The notes: generated from the sequence alone by a model not told the origin. Counted from the stretch's first letter, positions 48,690 through 59,648 are shown. The stretch is 64,000 nucleotides of DNA from Planctomycetota bacterium (GCA_965222115.1 CBDCTJ010000003.1:503948-567947); one strand, 5' to 3'. Numbers and translations are program-made.

Positions 48690-50785
48690 GCGCTTGGTTG
48701 GCATGGACACGCAAAGAACTTCGGGACTACCGTGCGCTCTTGCTCGGGATTGCTATTGCGGTGCCCGTGCTGATTGCGATTGGCTTTTTCGCATTCGCCG
48801 ACAAACTGACATCTGCTACAAGTGGCGCCCTCGCGTTCTATGTCGCTCTCGTGGTGACCGGCCTCTTCGCCTTCTCCATCGCTGGTGATGCCGTGGCTTC
48901 TGAGTTTCGTCGCAACACCATCGGCCTCGTCCGAAGGCAACCGAAGGGAATGCTGTTGGCGTGGCTCGGGAAGCTCACCGCGCTCGCACTTGCGTTCGTG
49001 GCACTCACCCTAATCACGCAGGGCGCACTTTCGTTCATCTGGGGACGATTCGCGAGCGACACGCATGCGGCACTACGCGCGAACGCCGTTTGGTCCACAC
49101 TCATCAATGGATCTAGCCAGGCATGGTTGAGTGTGTGGATTGTGCTTCCCGTGGTTGCGTGGACGTTGATGGTGAGCGCCTGGATCGGCAAGAGCGGCGC
49201 GGCACCGATCGCCGCGCTGGTGCTGCTCGGCGCCGTACTCGCTCCGCTCTACCTCTGGTTTCGCTCCCATCCGTGGGCCATCTCGTTCTCGTTCATGGAC
49301 GGACTGCGCGTACTCTCCATGATCGTGGCTGGCATTGGACTTCTGTGCGCAACCATTGCTTGGTTCGTGGGACGCTCCCACTGCGCAAGGCCATGGCGAA
49401 GTGTAGTCGCCAGTGGCACGGTGTTTCTGGGACTCTTGGGGACCGCCGTCGCGTTTGGCGCGGTGAAACACAATCGATGGCTGGACATCCGCCCCACGGA
49501 CGCCGAGTTTCGCGTTTATTCCGCAGTCATGGGAGCCAATGAGTCGTCGCTCTGGGTGTCGGTATACAAGGGAGATCAACCCTATATTGCAGCCAGGCCA
49601 GTACCGGGTTTCGACCGTTCCGCACGACACAAGGGTACGCCGTTACAGACGTGGCACGTGAATCTGTCGATGGCCGCGTACGAATCCGTCGGTGACGGTA
49701 TGCAGACGCTTGAGCTCATTCACAATGACATGACCATGGGCTGGGGTCCCCTGCGATCACTCACGCCAACTCACGGCGTAAGGCTCCGAGACATGCGTAA
49801 TCCCGAGTCCCACGAATTCATCTGGTTCGATGCCAATACTGGGCAGTCCGTAACGCGCCTAACGAGCAATCTGCGCGATGGGGCTGTGGATCGACTTCAG
49901 CAAAAAACGCTGAGACACGCAACGTGGCTCCGCGATGCGAATGGCCGGCGGGTATGGATCCGGGATCGCAGAATTGAGCGCGAAGGAGAAGAGGGAGAGC
50001 CCGTCGCGCGAGCATATGCGCTTGACGGAAGACGAGACTACAAGACCATCACGCAATTTGCCATTCAGGGATTCGTAAAGACCACGCAGACCGGGAACCG
50101 TAGACGAAATCGGCTCACCCGAGGAATCTGGTTCACCGACGGTTCGCGCGTTGTACCCAGCAACCAACATGCACTTTCACTGAGCATTGACTACCAACTT
50201 CTCAATGAGCGCCAATCGCTGGTAAAGCAAAACGTTCGCGACACCAAGGAAATGTCCAAATCGCAACGTATGCGGACACTCAATCTCGTCAATCTTCAAG
50301 ATGCGGAGGAGACGCGGATCGTGACGCTGCCGCCGCGTCTAAATAGGCATAAGCGTTTTCCATGGATGATTGTGGACAAAAATCAAGTGCTTACCATCGC
50401 AGCCAAGACCGATAGCGAAGAACAAGAGCAGTTGGTCATTTGGAATCCCACAAACGGAGACGTTTCACCACTCGATTGGGCGGATGCGCCCTATGCAGGC
50501 GCTTACGATTCCTTTCGCATCATCGGTCGCGACAACAAATTTCGTTTCCTCATCGGCGTACGGGCGAATCGGTACCCACATCGTACGATTGTGGGCGAGA
50601 CGCTCGTGCTTCTCAACCTCGCCAATCGAACGCTGCGAGTGTTATCTGCGCCATCGCCGTTGAATCACAACGCGACCGCCATACTTCGGGACGGCAGCGT
50701 TGTCGTCATCGAAGACAGACAACGAATCGTCAGACTGGGTCCAGCGTTTGGCGCGCGTGAGCAGCTGTTCCCATTCCCCAACTAA
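48686..50785 (+). CDS. ABC-2-type permease with large C-terminal beta-rich extracytoplasmic domain
   Basis: RKELR start, about 7 TM helices, ASEFRRNT...QP motif, then about 430 aa soluble region. Confidence 0.75.
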   Translation: MSAWLAWTRKELRDYRALLLGIAIAVPVLIAIGFFAFADKLTSATSGALAFYVALVVTGLFAFSIAGDAVASEFRRNTIGLVRRQPKGMLLAWLGKLTALALAFVALTLITQGALSFIWGRFASDTHAALRANAVWSTLINGSSQAWLSVWIVLPVVAWTLMVSAWIGKSGAAPIAALVLLGAVLAPLYLWFRSHPWAISFSFMDGLRVLSMIVAGIGLLCATIAWFVGRSHCARPWRSVVASGTVFLGLLGTAVAFGAVKHNRWLDIRPTDAEFRVYSAVMGANESSLWVSVYKGDQPYIAARPVPGFDRSARHKGTPLQTWHVNLSMAAYESVGDGMQTLELIHNDMTMGWGPLRSLTPTHGVRLRDMRNPESHEFIWFDANTGQSVTRLTSNLRDGAVDRLQQKTLRHATWLRDANGRRVWIRDRRIEREGEEGEPVARAYALDGRRDYKTITQFAIQGFVKTTQTGNRRRNRLTRGIWFTDGSRVVPSNQHALSLSIDYQLLNERQSLVKQNVRDTKEMSKSQRMRTLNLVNLQDAEETRIVTLPPRLNRHKRFPWMIVDKNQVLTIAAKTDSEEQEQLVIWNPTNGDVSPLDWADAPYAGAYDSFRIIGRDNKFRFLIGVRANRYPHRTIVGETLVLLNLANRTLRVLSAPSPLNHNATAILRDGSVVVIEDRQRIVRLGPAFGAREQLFPFPN

Positions 50786-50798
50786 TTGGATACAGCAT

Positions 50799-50842
50799 GG
50801 TGCCAGGTACACCGACGTACCTACTGCTGCGTGCCTGGCACC
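50799..50842. terminator. stem-loop between convergent genes (REP-like or bidirectional terminator)
   Basis: GGTGCCAGGTAC-N20-GTGCCTGGCACC, 11/12 complementary. No U-tract. Confidence 0.55.
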
Positions 50843-50854
50843 GAGGTGTATGTG

Positions 50855-53800
50855 TTAGACGGCAGCTGGGCGAGGTGGGGTGTAAGCGAGCGACGAGCCG
50901 AGCCAACGCTCGACGTCTTCAGGCGCTCGTTGCTTTCGCCGTGCGTAGTCTTCCACTTGGTCGCGAGCAATTCTGCCCACGTTGAAGTAGCGCGCGTCTT
51001 TGTGGGAGAAGTAGAGCCCGCTCACACTAGCCGCGGGCGTCATGGCGAATGATTCGGTGAGTTCCATGCCTATGGCGCTGGCGTCGAGTAATTCGAATAG
51101 CCGTTCTTTCTCGCTATGGTCCGGGCAGGCCGGATAACCGAATGCCGGGCGGATGCCCTGGAAGCGTTCGCGAATCATGTCTTCGTGGCTCAGGTCTTCG
51201 CTGGGCGCGTAACCCCACTCGTTGCGCACGTGGTGGTGGAGATACTCGGCGAAAGCCTCGGCCAATCGGTCGGCGAGGGCCTTCGCAAGAATGGCGTTGT
51301 AGTCGTCGTGACGTTCTTCGTAAGTCCGAGCGAGTGCTTCGGCACCAAGGCCGCCAGTTACAGCAAACGCACCGACATGGGCACGTGTTGCGTGTGAGAT
51401 GGGTGGCACGAAATCGGCAAGTGACAGGTTGGCCCGCCCGCTCGCTACGCGAAACTGTTGGCGCAACATGGGGAAGCGCGCCACGATTTTGGAATGTGAT
51501 TCGTCGGCGAACAGCACGATGTCGCCGTCGTCACTCACGGCGGGCCAGTAGCCGTAAACGCCTCGAAGGGTCAACGAGCCCTTCGCTTTGATCTCATCCA
51601 GCATGGCGATGGCATGGTCGTAGAGTTCACGCGCAGCTTTCCCATGCTCGGGGTGTTCGAAGATCGACGGGAAACGACCCTTGAGTTCCCACGCATGAAA
51701 GAAGAACGTCCAGTCGATGTAGGGCACAAGCATGTCGATTGTCACATCCGTGACTTCGCGTTGACCGAGAAACGGAGGCGTTGGATGCTCGTCGGCGGGC
51801 CATGTCAATGAAGCGGCGTTCGCCGTCGCGTCTTCAAATGAAATCAACTTCGCCGCCGCCTTGCCAAGCTTGGAGCGGATCGTCTCTTGTTTCGCACGGT
51901 TGTCGGCGTCAAATGTCGTTCGACGTTCGCGATCCATCAATGTAGAGACGACATCGATCACACGAGACGCATCGGCCACGTGGACGGTGCTCTTGGAATA
52001 GGCCGGAGCAATGCGTGCGGCGGTATGCTGTGGGCTGGTAGTGGCGCCCCCTATCAAGAGCGGCAAATCAAGCTCTTGACGTTCCATTTCTTCAGCCACA
52101 ACCACCATCTCGTCGAGCGAGGGCGTGATCAGTCCGCTCAGACCCACCATGTCGGCTTTCTTCTCGGCGGCGACTTCGAGAATGGTCTTGCACGGCACCA
52201 TCACACCAAGATCAATCACGTCGTAGTTGTTGCACGCCAACACAACACCCACGATGTTCTTGCCAATGTCGTGGACGTCGCCCTTGACGGTGGCCATGAC
52301 CACGCGGCCTTGCGTTGAACGCTCGTCGCCCCCACCCGCGGCTTTCTTCTCAGCCTCCATAAACGGTTCGAGGTATGCGACGGCACGCTTCATGACGCGC
52401 GCACTCTTCACAACTTGAGGCAAAAACATCTTGCCCGCACCAAAGAGATCTCCCACCACGCGCATGCCGTCCATGAGCGGACCTTCGATGACGTCAAGTG
52501 TACGTTTAGAACCCTTTCGTGCTTCTTCTGTGTCGTCCTCAATGTAGTCAACGATGCCATTTACTAAGGCGTGCTTGAGTCGCTCGCGCACACCGTTCTC
52601 GCGCCAAGACAGATCCACAACGCGCTTGGCACCCTTCGCACTCACCGTCTCGGCGAACGATACCAGTCGATCGGTGGCATCCGGACGGCGGTCCCAAAGC
52701 ACGTCCTCGACATGCTCCAACAGCGCGGGTTCGATCTGCTCGTAGATCTCCAATTGCCCTGCATTGACAATGCCCATGTCCATGCCGGCCTGCATCGCCC
52801 GGTAGAGGAATGCCGCGTGCATCGCCTCGCGCACCGTATTGTTTCCACGGAACGAGAATGAGAGATTGCTTACACCGCCACTCACATTGACGCCTGGGCA
52901 GGCTTGTTTGAGTTGTTCCGTAGCTTCCACAAATCCAATGGCGTAACGGTTGTGCTCCTCAATGCCTGTAGCAACCGCGAGAATGTTGGGGTCAAAGATG
53001 ATGTCGCTCGGGTCAAAGCCAGCGCGATCCACGAGCAATCGAAACGCCCGCGAAAGAATCTCCACACGACGCGGCACGGTATCGGCCTGACCCTTTTCGT
53101 CAAAGGCCATGACTACGACGCCGGCGCCATAGCGTCGAGCGAGTTTCGCCTTATCTAGGAAGTCGGCCTCGCCCTCTTTGAGGCTCAGACTATTAACAAT
53201 GGCCTTGCCCTGGACACAGCGCAACCCCGCTTCAATCACGCTCCACTTTGAGCTGTCGATCATGAACGGAATGCGCGTGACGTCGGGCTCCGTCGCGAGC
53301 AGTTTCAAGAAGGTAGCCATGGCCTGCTCGGAGTCGAGCATGGCCTCGTCCATATTGACGTCGAGGATATTGGCGCCGCCGCGCACCTGTTGTAGGGCGA
53401 CGTCAGTAGCTGTTGCAAAGTCGTCGTTCTTGATGAGCCGGGCAAACTTCTTTGAACCCGTCACATTCGTCCGTTCACCAATCATGATGAAGTTGCTGTC
53501 GGGGCGAATGGTAAGGGGCTCGAGCCCACTAAACTGAGTGAATCGTTGCTTAGGTCGCGGAATCTCACGCGGGGGAAGACCACGAACTGCTTCGGCGATG
53601 GCTCGCACGTGATCGGGGGTGGTTCCACAACAGCCACCCACCAAGTTCACGAGCCCGCGCTCGGCGAAATCACGCATCAACGGCGCCATCACTTCCGGCA
53701 ACTGGTCATATTCACCAAAGGCGTTGGGGAGTCCGGCATTGGGATAGCAAGCGAGGCGCGTCTCGGCCAAGCTCGATAACTCGGCCACATACGCGTCCAT

Positions 53801-54577
53801 CTCTTCGGCGCCGAGGCCGCAGTTGAGTCCCACGGCAAGCGGCTTGGCGTGGGCGATAGAAATCCAGAACGCTTCAATGACCTGCCCGCTGAGTGTGCGA
53901 CCGCTGCGATCGCTCATGGTGACAGAGATAATGAGCGGCGTCTTCGCACCGCGCTCCTCGAACAGTTCCTCAATGCCGAAGATGGCTGCTTTCGCATTGA
54001 GCGTATCGAAGATGGTCTCGATCAGCAGAACGTCTACGCCGCCATCGAGTAGACCGCGCGCCTGCTCCTTGTAGGAAGCGGCGACCTCTTCGAAGGTGAC
54101 GTCGCGATACGCAGGTTCGTTCACGCGCGGCGACATGGAGAGCGTCTTGTTGGTGGGCCCGAGGCTGCCGGCCACAAAGCGAGGTCGTGTGGGATTGCGA
54201 TCGGTTGCGGCGTCCGCCGCTTCCTTCGCAATACGTGCGGCGGCCAGATTGAGGTCATAGACCGCTGCTTGTGTGTCGTAATCCGCCTGTGAGATGGACG
54301 TGCCATTGAACGTGTTGGTGCAAATGATGTCGGAGCCGGCCTCAAGGTAGGCGTCGTAGATCCCGCGGATTACGTCGGGACGGGTGAGATTAAGAATGTC
54401 GTTGTTGCCCTTGAGATCCTTGGCGTGCGCTGCGAACCGCTCGCCCCGAAAGTCGGCCTCCTCAAGTCCGTGACCCTGAATAAGTGAACCCATCGCTCCG
54501 TCGAGCACCAGGATGCGCTCGTCGAGCAACTGCTCGAGTTGGCGGTGTCGCGCTGTTGTGTTGGCTGGCGTCGTCAT
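50855..54577 (-). CDS. metH: cobalamin-dependent methionine synthase
   Basis: [44 protein letters not shown] and GYPACPDH motifs; GGAGG RBS before ATG 54577. Confidence 0.97.
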   Translation of the reverse strand: MTTPANTTARHRQLEQLLDERILVLDGAMGSLIQGHGLEEADFRGERFAAHAKDLKGNNDILNLTRPDVIRGIYDAYLEAGSDIICTNTFNGTSISQADYDTQAAVYDLNLAAARIAKEAADAATDRNPTRPRFVAGSLGPTNKTLSMSPRVNEPAYRDVTFEEVAASYKEQARGLLDGGVDVLLIETIFDTLNAKAAIFGIEELFEERGAKTPLIISVTMSDRSGRTLSGQVIEAFWISIAHAKPLAVGLNCGLGAEEMDAYVAELSSLAETRLACYPNAGLPNAFGEYDQLPEVMAPLMRDFAERGLVNLVGGCCGTTPDHVRAIAEAVRGLPPREIPRPKQRFTQFSGLEPLTIRPDSNFIMIGERTNVTGSKKFARLIKNDDFATATDVALQQVRGGANILDVNMDEAMLDSEQAMATFLKLLATEPDVTRIPFMIDSSKWSVIEAGLRCVQGKAIVNSLSLKEGEADFLDKAKLARRYGAGVVVMAFDEKGQADTVPRRVEILSRAFRLLVDRAGFDPSDIIFDPNILAVATGIEEHNRYAIGFVEATEQLKQACPGVNVSGGVSNLSFSFRGNNTVREAMHAAFLYRAMQAGMDMGIVNAGQLEIYEQIEPALLEHVEDVLWDRRPDATDRLVSFAETVSAKGAKRVVDLSWRENGVRERLKHALVNGIVDYIEDDTEEARKGSKRTLDVIEGPLMDGMRVVGDLFGAGKMFLPQVVKSARVMKRAVAYLEPFMEAEKKAAGGGDERSTQGRVVMATVKGDVHDIGKNIVGVVLACNNYDVIDLGVMVPCKTILEVAAEKKADMVGLSGLITPSLDEMVVVAEEMERQELDLPLLIGGATTSPQHTAARIAPAYSKSTVHVADASRVIDVVSTLMDRERRTTFDADNRAKQETIRSKLGKAAAKLISFEDATANAASLTWPADEHPTPPFLGQREVTDVTIDMLVPYIDWTFFFHAWELKGRFPSIFEHPEHGKAARELYDHAIAMLDEIKAKGSLTLRGVYGYWPAVSDDGDIVLFADESHSKIVARFPMLRQQFRVASGRANLSLADFVPPISHATRAHVGAFAVTGGLGAEALARTYEERHDDYNAILAKALADRLAEAFAEYLHHHVRNEWGYAPSEDLSHEDMIRERFQGIRPAFGYPACPDHSEKERLFELLDASAIGMELTESFAMTPAASVSGLYFSHKDARYFNVGRIARDQVEDYARRKQRAPEDVERWLGSSLAYTPPRPAAV

Positions 54578-54741
54578 GCGGTCTACCTCCACTCCACTCG
54601 CTCGGAAGAACCGACACAAGCTCAGGGGAATAGAAGGCCCTATTGTGCGCAAGAGATGGACAATATGGCCCTATGAAAAGCAGTCATCCCGCCTATCTCC
54701 GGATAGCCGAACGACGCCGCGCGCAAGCGTCACGGTTTTCG

Positions 54742-55485
54742 ATGAGGAGGCCGAATGGCATGGTGCTGATGATAGGCATGATTGCGTTGTTAGTTGGGTG
54801 CGGTGCACCTCAGACCGCAGTGCAGCGGTCGACAAAAGGGCAAGCCTTTGACGTGTCGGTGATTGCGTACGCTTCGGACAACGATCGTGGCGTCCGCGCA
54901 ATCACTGAAGCGCTGGAGCGTGTCGAGCACTTATTCAATCGGACGATCAACACCATAGACCCGCCCGAACTCGAGGCACTTGCCAAGGCGTGGCGCACAT
55001 TCACGGATCCAGCTGGGGCGCCTGAGCGAAGTAGTTGGGAGTTGAAGGGATGCCTACGAATGGGACTCGCAGCGGACATCATTCAAGCGTCACTCGCTGA
55101 GCGAGGGTTCTCACGAACAAAGATCTCGTCGGGGCGCGTCCTGCTTCTAGGCGATGGGCCCCCACGCACCAAGGGCTGGCGCGTGTCGCTGCCAAACGGT
55201 CCTACTTGGAAGAGGCTCAGACGCGTCGCCATATGGCCAAGCGATTTGTGGCGAGTGGGTTCGCCCACCGAACAAGCCACAACGAAGGTCCCGCGACACG
55301 GCACGGTAGCGTTGATGGCTAGCGATGGTGCTGACGTCGGCGGCCTGCTTGGCAGCATGACCGACGACAGCCCAAGCCTAACCTACTTGCTTGACAAGGC
55401 AGCGTGGAAGAAGCTCCTCGCCAAGTCTCCAGGTATGCGCGCGTGGGTCTCTGCAGGCGACAGATGGATCGCCATGTTGCCGTAA
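54742..55485 (+). CDS. degenerate ApbE (FAD:protein FMN transferase)-like lipoprotein
   Basis: Lipobox LVGC; GLAADII, SGRVLLLGDGP...GWRVSLP and TVALMASDG resemble ApbE blocks, but ATSG and HIIDP are absent. Confidence 0.5.
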   Translation: MRRPNGMVLMIGMIALLVGCGAPQTAVQRSTKGQAFDVSVIAYASDNDRGVRAITEALERVEHLFNRTINTIDPPELEALAKAWRTFTDPAGAPERSSWELKGCLRMGLAADIIQASLAERGFSRTKISSGRVLLLGDGPPRTKGWRVSLPNGPTWKRLRRVAIWPSDLWRVGSPTEQATTKVPRHGTVALMASDGADVGGLLGSMTDDSPSLTYLLDKAAWKKLLAKSPGMRAWVSAGDRWIAMLP

Positions 55486-56433
55486 TCAAACGTCCAAACT
55501 TCCAAGCACCTTGTTGATCGCCGTGCTACTCTGCATGACATAGAAGTGGAGTGACGGAACGCCCTTGTCGAGCAGCTCCTTGGCTTGCTTCGTAGCCCAC
55601 TCGACGCCCACATCTTCGACATGGCCCTTCTTCGCACCCAAAATGCCATCCGCTAGTGGGGTAGGAATATCACAGTAAAACGTTCGTGGAATGGAGCGAA
55701 TGTGGCTCTTGCGATTGAGCACCTTGAGCCCGGGAATAATCGGCACCTCGATGCCCGCGGCGCGGCATTGATCGACGAAGGAAAAGTACTTGTCATTGTC
55801 GAAGAACATCTGCGTGACGATGTAGTCGGCACCGGCTTCTACCTTCTTTTTCACCCAGCCGATATCGGCGTCCATGTTGGGCGCCTCAAAGTGCTTCTCG
55901 GGATATCCCGCCGCGCCAACGCAGAAGTCGGACTTGTCGGCGTCGAGTAGGTCTTCCAGGTACTTGCCCTGATTCATCTTATTGATCTGCTCGATAAGAT
56001 CGATGGCATAGATGTTTCGTGTGCGTCCGTGATTGAGTGGCTTCTTGTAGTCGCTTCCATCGCCGCGAATGGCAAGTACATTCTGAATGCCTAGGTAGCG
56101 CAGTTCGACCAAGAAGTCTTCGGTCTCTTCGCGCGTGAACCCTTGGCATAGCACGTGGGGAACTGCGTCGATGTTGTACTTGTTCTGAATCAGAGCGCAC
56201 ACGCCCAATGTACCGGGACGCTTGCGCTTGATTCGACGCTCGTAGCCGGTGGTGGTCTCTTCGAACACCACCTGGGCGGCATGGCTCGTAATGTCGATGA
56301 ATGGCGGGTTGTGCTCGACCAAGTCCTCGATGAGTTGCACGAGCGAAGCCAGCACACCACCACGCAATGGCGGAATGATCTCGAAGCTAATCAGTGGTCG
56401 CTTGGCTTGGGCGAGATGCTCGGTGACCTTCAT
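55486..56433 (-). CDS. metF: 5,10-methylenetetrahydrofolate reductase
   Basis: SFEIIPP, NVLAIRGD, AGYPEKH, KKVEAGADYIVTQMFFD and LHFY motifs. Confidence 0.95.
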   Translation of the reverse strand: MKVTEHLAQAKRPLISFEIIPPLRGGVLASLVQLIEDLVEHNPPFIDITSHAAQVVFEETTTGYERRIKRKRPGTLGVCALIQNKYNIDAVPHVLCQGFTREETEDFLVELRYLGIQNVLAIRGDGSDYKKPLNHGRTRNIYAIDLIEQINKMNQGKYLEDLLDADKSDFCVGAAGYPEKHFEAPNMDADIGWVKKKVEAGADYIVTQMFFDNDKYFSFVDQCRAAGIEVPIIPGLKVLNRKSHIRSIPRTFYCDIPTPLADGILGAKKGHVEDVGVEWATKQAKELLDKGVPSLHFYVMQSSTAINKVLGSLDV

Positions 56434-56524
56434 AAACGCCTTAGATACTTGCGATTGGCCTCGCAATCCAGAACGACCGGAGGGCGAGGCCTTTCACGCC
56501 CCCGAACTATCGGATAGACCATGA

Positions 56525-57283
56525 GTGATGGAGCTGTACACCCTCTTTGACCTGAGTCCGCCTGAGCCGGGCCACGAAGGCCGCGCGCTCGTATTCGTAG
56601 ACGGATTCTTGCGCGGGCGTGTCAAACCCGAATCGTACGAGCGCTGGATGAAGTCGTTTCGGCAAGCCGGCTGGCAGGGACGCATTGTGGGGTTGCACTG
56701 GGCGTCGGGATCGGTGGGTGGCTACATCCAAGAGATCGCGGAGTCCTTTTCGGCCTTTACCACGGATGCACGCGCCAACAACCTCGCGAGCGCCTTCTCT
56801 AAGCTCACTGGCATTCTTGAATACTGGAAACGGGCCACGCGGAATGCGTCGGCCGCAGGCACGGCTTTTGGCAGCGCGCTCGCCCATGGCGAAGCGGATT
56901 GGGGACAGCGGGAGTTACGTCTTGCGGGGTTTTCGCTCGGCGCGCGGGTGATCTATGAAGCGCTCGTGGCGAATGCACAGACGCAATCAAGGGAAGTCGA
57001 TAGCGCATGGTTCTACGGCGGAGCCTTGTCGATGGACTCGGATTGGGCCACAGCCCTGAGATCGACTCGTGAAGGTATTGCCAACTTCTATAGCAAAACA
57101 GACGGCATTTTGCGCTGGCTCTACCGATTGGCAGAATTCGACCGTCCGGTCGGCATTGGACCCGTTTCGTACAATGTCGAAGTTTCTGGGTCGGGAGCCA
57201 TCCGCAACCACGATGTGACCCCTCAAGTCCTCAATCACCTAGCCTACACCGACGCCGTCGCAAAGTTTCAGAAGATGCCTTAG
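56525..57283 (+). CDS. DUF726-like alpha/beta hydrolase
   Basis: VDGFL, L.W.S, nucleophile elbow GFSLGARVI, NFYSKTD.IL..LY and terminal NHLAY. Confidence 0.75.
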   Translation: MMELYTLFDLSPPEPGHEGRALVFVDGFLRGRVKPESYERWMKSFRQAGWQGRIVGLHWASGSVGGYIQEIAESFSAFTTDARANNLASAFSKLTGILEYWKRATRNASAAGTAFGSALAHGEADWGQRELRLAGFSLGARVIYEALVANAQTQSREVDSAWFYGGALSMDSDWATALRSTREGIANFYSKTDGILRWLYRLAEFDRPVGIGPVSYNVEVSGSGAIRNHDVTPQVLNHLAYTDAVAKFQKMP

Positions 57284-57335
57284 GTGATTCCAATTCGATG
57301 GTGGACGTGGCCCCCACTTTCGCTACAAAGTGCGT

Positions 57336-58487
57336 ATGTCGTACTCGACACAACCGTCGTCGCCTGCGTCCGGCCCGCCTCGCTGGCTGCCTTCGCTCTT
57401 GCTGCTCGCAATACTCGGCGTGCTGCTTTGGCACTTTGTGTTGCGACGCGCGAAACCGCTACACGACGTTCATGCAGGGCCACGCCCCATTCAGGCTCGC
57501 GGTAACTTGGCGTCAGCCGAAACGTCGGCTATTGAGCTGTTTCGTAAGGCGTCGCCGAGCGTAGTGCACATTCGTAACGTTGCGTTGCGGCGTAATATGT
57601 GGACGATGGACGTGTCCGCCATTCAACAGGGAACGGGAACGGGCTTTATCTGGAACGAAGACGGCTTCGTCGTCACCAACCACCACGTCATCCGAGGCGG
57701 TGATCGATTTGGCGTTACCTTGGCCGACAACACGACGTGGCAAGCGCGCGAAGTGGGGAGTTTTCCTCACTCCGACGTTGCTGTACTCAAACTCGAGAAT
57801 GTGCCCCGCGAGAAACTGCGACCACTCGCCATTGGCGCGTCGGGCGACTTGCAGGTGGGCCAATCCGTATTTGCCATCGGCAATCCGTTTGGCCTCGATC
57901 ACACCCTCACAACCGGCGTGATCAGTGGACTTGGACGCGAGATTCGCTCCGATACGGGACGTACTATTCGCGGTGTGATTCAGACCGACGCCGCAATCAA
58001 TCCTGGCAACTCCGGTGGACCACTGCTCGACAGCGCGGGTCGATTGATTGGCATGAACACGGCCATCGTGAGTCCGTCGGGCGCGTACGCGGGCATCGGT
58101 TTCGCGATTCCGGTCGACACGATTCAACGCCTTGTGCCGGCTATCATTCGTGGAGAGCGACAGACGCGCGCGGGGCTCGGTATTTCTCTCCTGCCGCCTC
58201 AGATCATGCGCCAACTCGGAACCGAAGGCGCCGGCATTCTTCATATACACCCTCAAGGCGCGGCGGCGCAGGCAGGTCTCCAAGGGACCACACAGGATGA
58301 GGCCACCGGTAGCATTCGCATCGGCGACATCATTGTGGGTATCAATGACAAGCGCGTGCGCTCGACGGAAGAACTGCTCGACGCGTTGGATGGACGCGCT
58401 CCCGGGGAACACGTGACGGTGAGATTCCTTCGTGGCGGTCAAGCGTTGGAAGCGAAGGTTCCCCTTCAGGCGCTGCCTTCAAAATAG
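57336..58487 (+). CDS. HtrA/Deg1-like S1C serine protease with single PDZ
   Basis: GTGTGF, TNHHVI, DVAVL and DAAINPGNSGGPL catalytic motifs; N-terminal TM. Confidence 0.95.
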   Translation: MSYSTQPSSPASGPPRWLPSLLLLAILGVLLWHFVLRRAKPLHDVHAGPRPIQARGNLASAETSAIELFRKASPSVVHIRNVALRRNMWTMDVSAIQQGTGTGFIWNEDGFVVTNHHVIRGGDRFGVTLADNTTWQAREVGSFPHSDVAVLKLENVPREKLRPLAIGASGDLQVGQSVFAIGNPFGLDHTLTTGVISGLGREIRSDTGRTIRGVIQTDAAINPGNSGGPLLDSAGRLIGMNTAIVSPSGAYAGIGFAIPVDTIQRLVPAIIRGERQTRAGLGISLLPPQIMRQLGTEGAGILHIHPQGAAAQAGLQGTTQDEATGSIRIGDIIVGINDKRVRSTEELLDALDGRAPGEHVTVRFLRGGQALEAKVPLQALPSK

Positions 58488-58518
58488 TGAGTCACGATGT
58501 TATGCACAATGGCAGTGG

Positions 58519-59388
58519 TTACGCCTTCTTGGACGCAGGTAGCGTGGAAACAAGTCGTTCCATTCCGTGCAGCTCGCAGAATGCAGCCCAATTCGATGCG
58601 GGGCCCCGCCATAGCAAGTCCTTCGCTTTCTGTTTTAGCGGCACGTCGTAGCGAAGCGTGGCAAGCTGCTTCCAGAGCTTTGCCTTATCCAGGTGTTCAG
58701 CGAGAGATTTCGTGAGTGACGCGGCACCGCGCACCTTGATTTTCCAGGCGCGATCAAGCGGAATGTCTTCAATGTGCTTGTAGGTGCTCAACACGGTGGC
58801 CGTTGACTTGGCGCCCCACCGCGGTACGCCGGGAATGCCGTCCGCCTTGTCCCCCACCAATCCTAAGTAGTCGGGAATCGACGCGGGTGCTACGCCGAAT
58901 CGTTCAACGACGTCGGCCTCCTTGAAGTAAACGTTTTTACGACGGTCCCACTGCATGATTTGCGGATCCGAAACACACTGCGCGAGATCCTTATCGGGTG
59001 TCGCGAGCACGATCTTGTCGAAGTCCTTGGCATAGATGCGCGTAGCGCTGGCCATAGCGTCATCGGCCTCGAACTCGGTCATCGACCAGAGCGTGATGCC
59101 AAGAGCGCGGATCCCCTCGTCCAATGATTCAAACTGGGCGCGCACATCCGGATCGATCTCGGATCCATCTTTGTAGCCGTCGTAGAGGTCGTTGCGGAAG
59201 CTCTCAATCACGTGATCGGTGGCGACGGCAAGGTGCGTGACTTTGGGGTTCTTGAGGAGGGCGATCATGGACCGCAACACGCCATACACGCCGCCAATGG
59301 GCGCTCCGGACGGATCACGACGTGGCGGTTGACCAAAGTGCGCGCGAAACAACTCGTAGGTTCCGTCAATCACGCAAAGCGAGGCCAT
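58519..59388 (-). CDS. stand-alone 5'-3' exonuclease/flap endonuclease
   Basis: IDGTYELFRA, FRND.Y..YK, FEADD, PDKD and LVGDKADGIPGV..WG.K motifs. Confidence 0.93.
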   Translation of the reverse strand: MASLCVIDGTYELFRAHFGQPPRRDPSGAPIGGVYGVLRSMIALLKNPKVTHLAVATDHVIESFRNDLYDGYKDGSEIDPDVRAQFESLDEGIRALGITLWSMTEFEADDAMASATRIYAKDFDKIVLATPDKDLAQCVSDPQIMQWDRRKNVYFKEADVVERFGVAPASIPDYLGLVGDKADGIPGVPRWGAKSTATVLSTYKHIEDIPLDRAWKIKVRGAASLTKSLAEHLDKAKLWKQLATLRYDVPLKQKAKDLLWRGPASNWAAFCELHGMERLVSTLPASKKA

Positions 59389-59401
59389 TTCCGTGCTCCT
59401 T

Positions 59402-59648
59402 AGCCCGGACTATTCATGAATGAAGTGAATCGCGCGGTTCTCGCTGGTCTTCGAATCCAATCTCATTGCGGAGAACCGTTCGACGATGCTTTTGGGGCAT
59501 CGCCTCAGAACCACCGCTTCGATCTTGAACCCGAATCCTTCGCGAGAACAAGCTGTAGCTGCCGCATTGTACCTAGTTTTGGCGGTGAAAGGCGTCTGGA
59601 CGCGGGTTTCGAGACGCTTCGGCGCGCGCTTCATGAATAGTCCAGGCT
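59402..59648. mobile_element. 247-bp MITE-like element with 19-bp terminal inverted repeats
   Basis: AGCCCGGACTATTCATGAA (59402-59420) and TTCATGAATAGTCCAGGCT (59630-59648), 18/19 complementary. No transposase. Related element at 41467. Confidence 0.75.

Noticed and set aside
54578-56524. SAM or cobalamin riboswitch or shared operator upstream of metH or metF
   Set aside because: Only short hairpins are present (CTATC..GATAG with different spacing at the two sites); no SAM-I/II or B12-box consensus was recognised.
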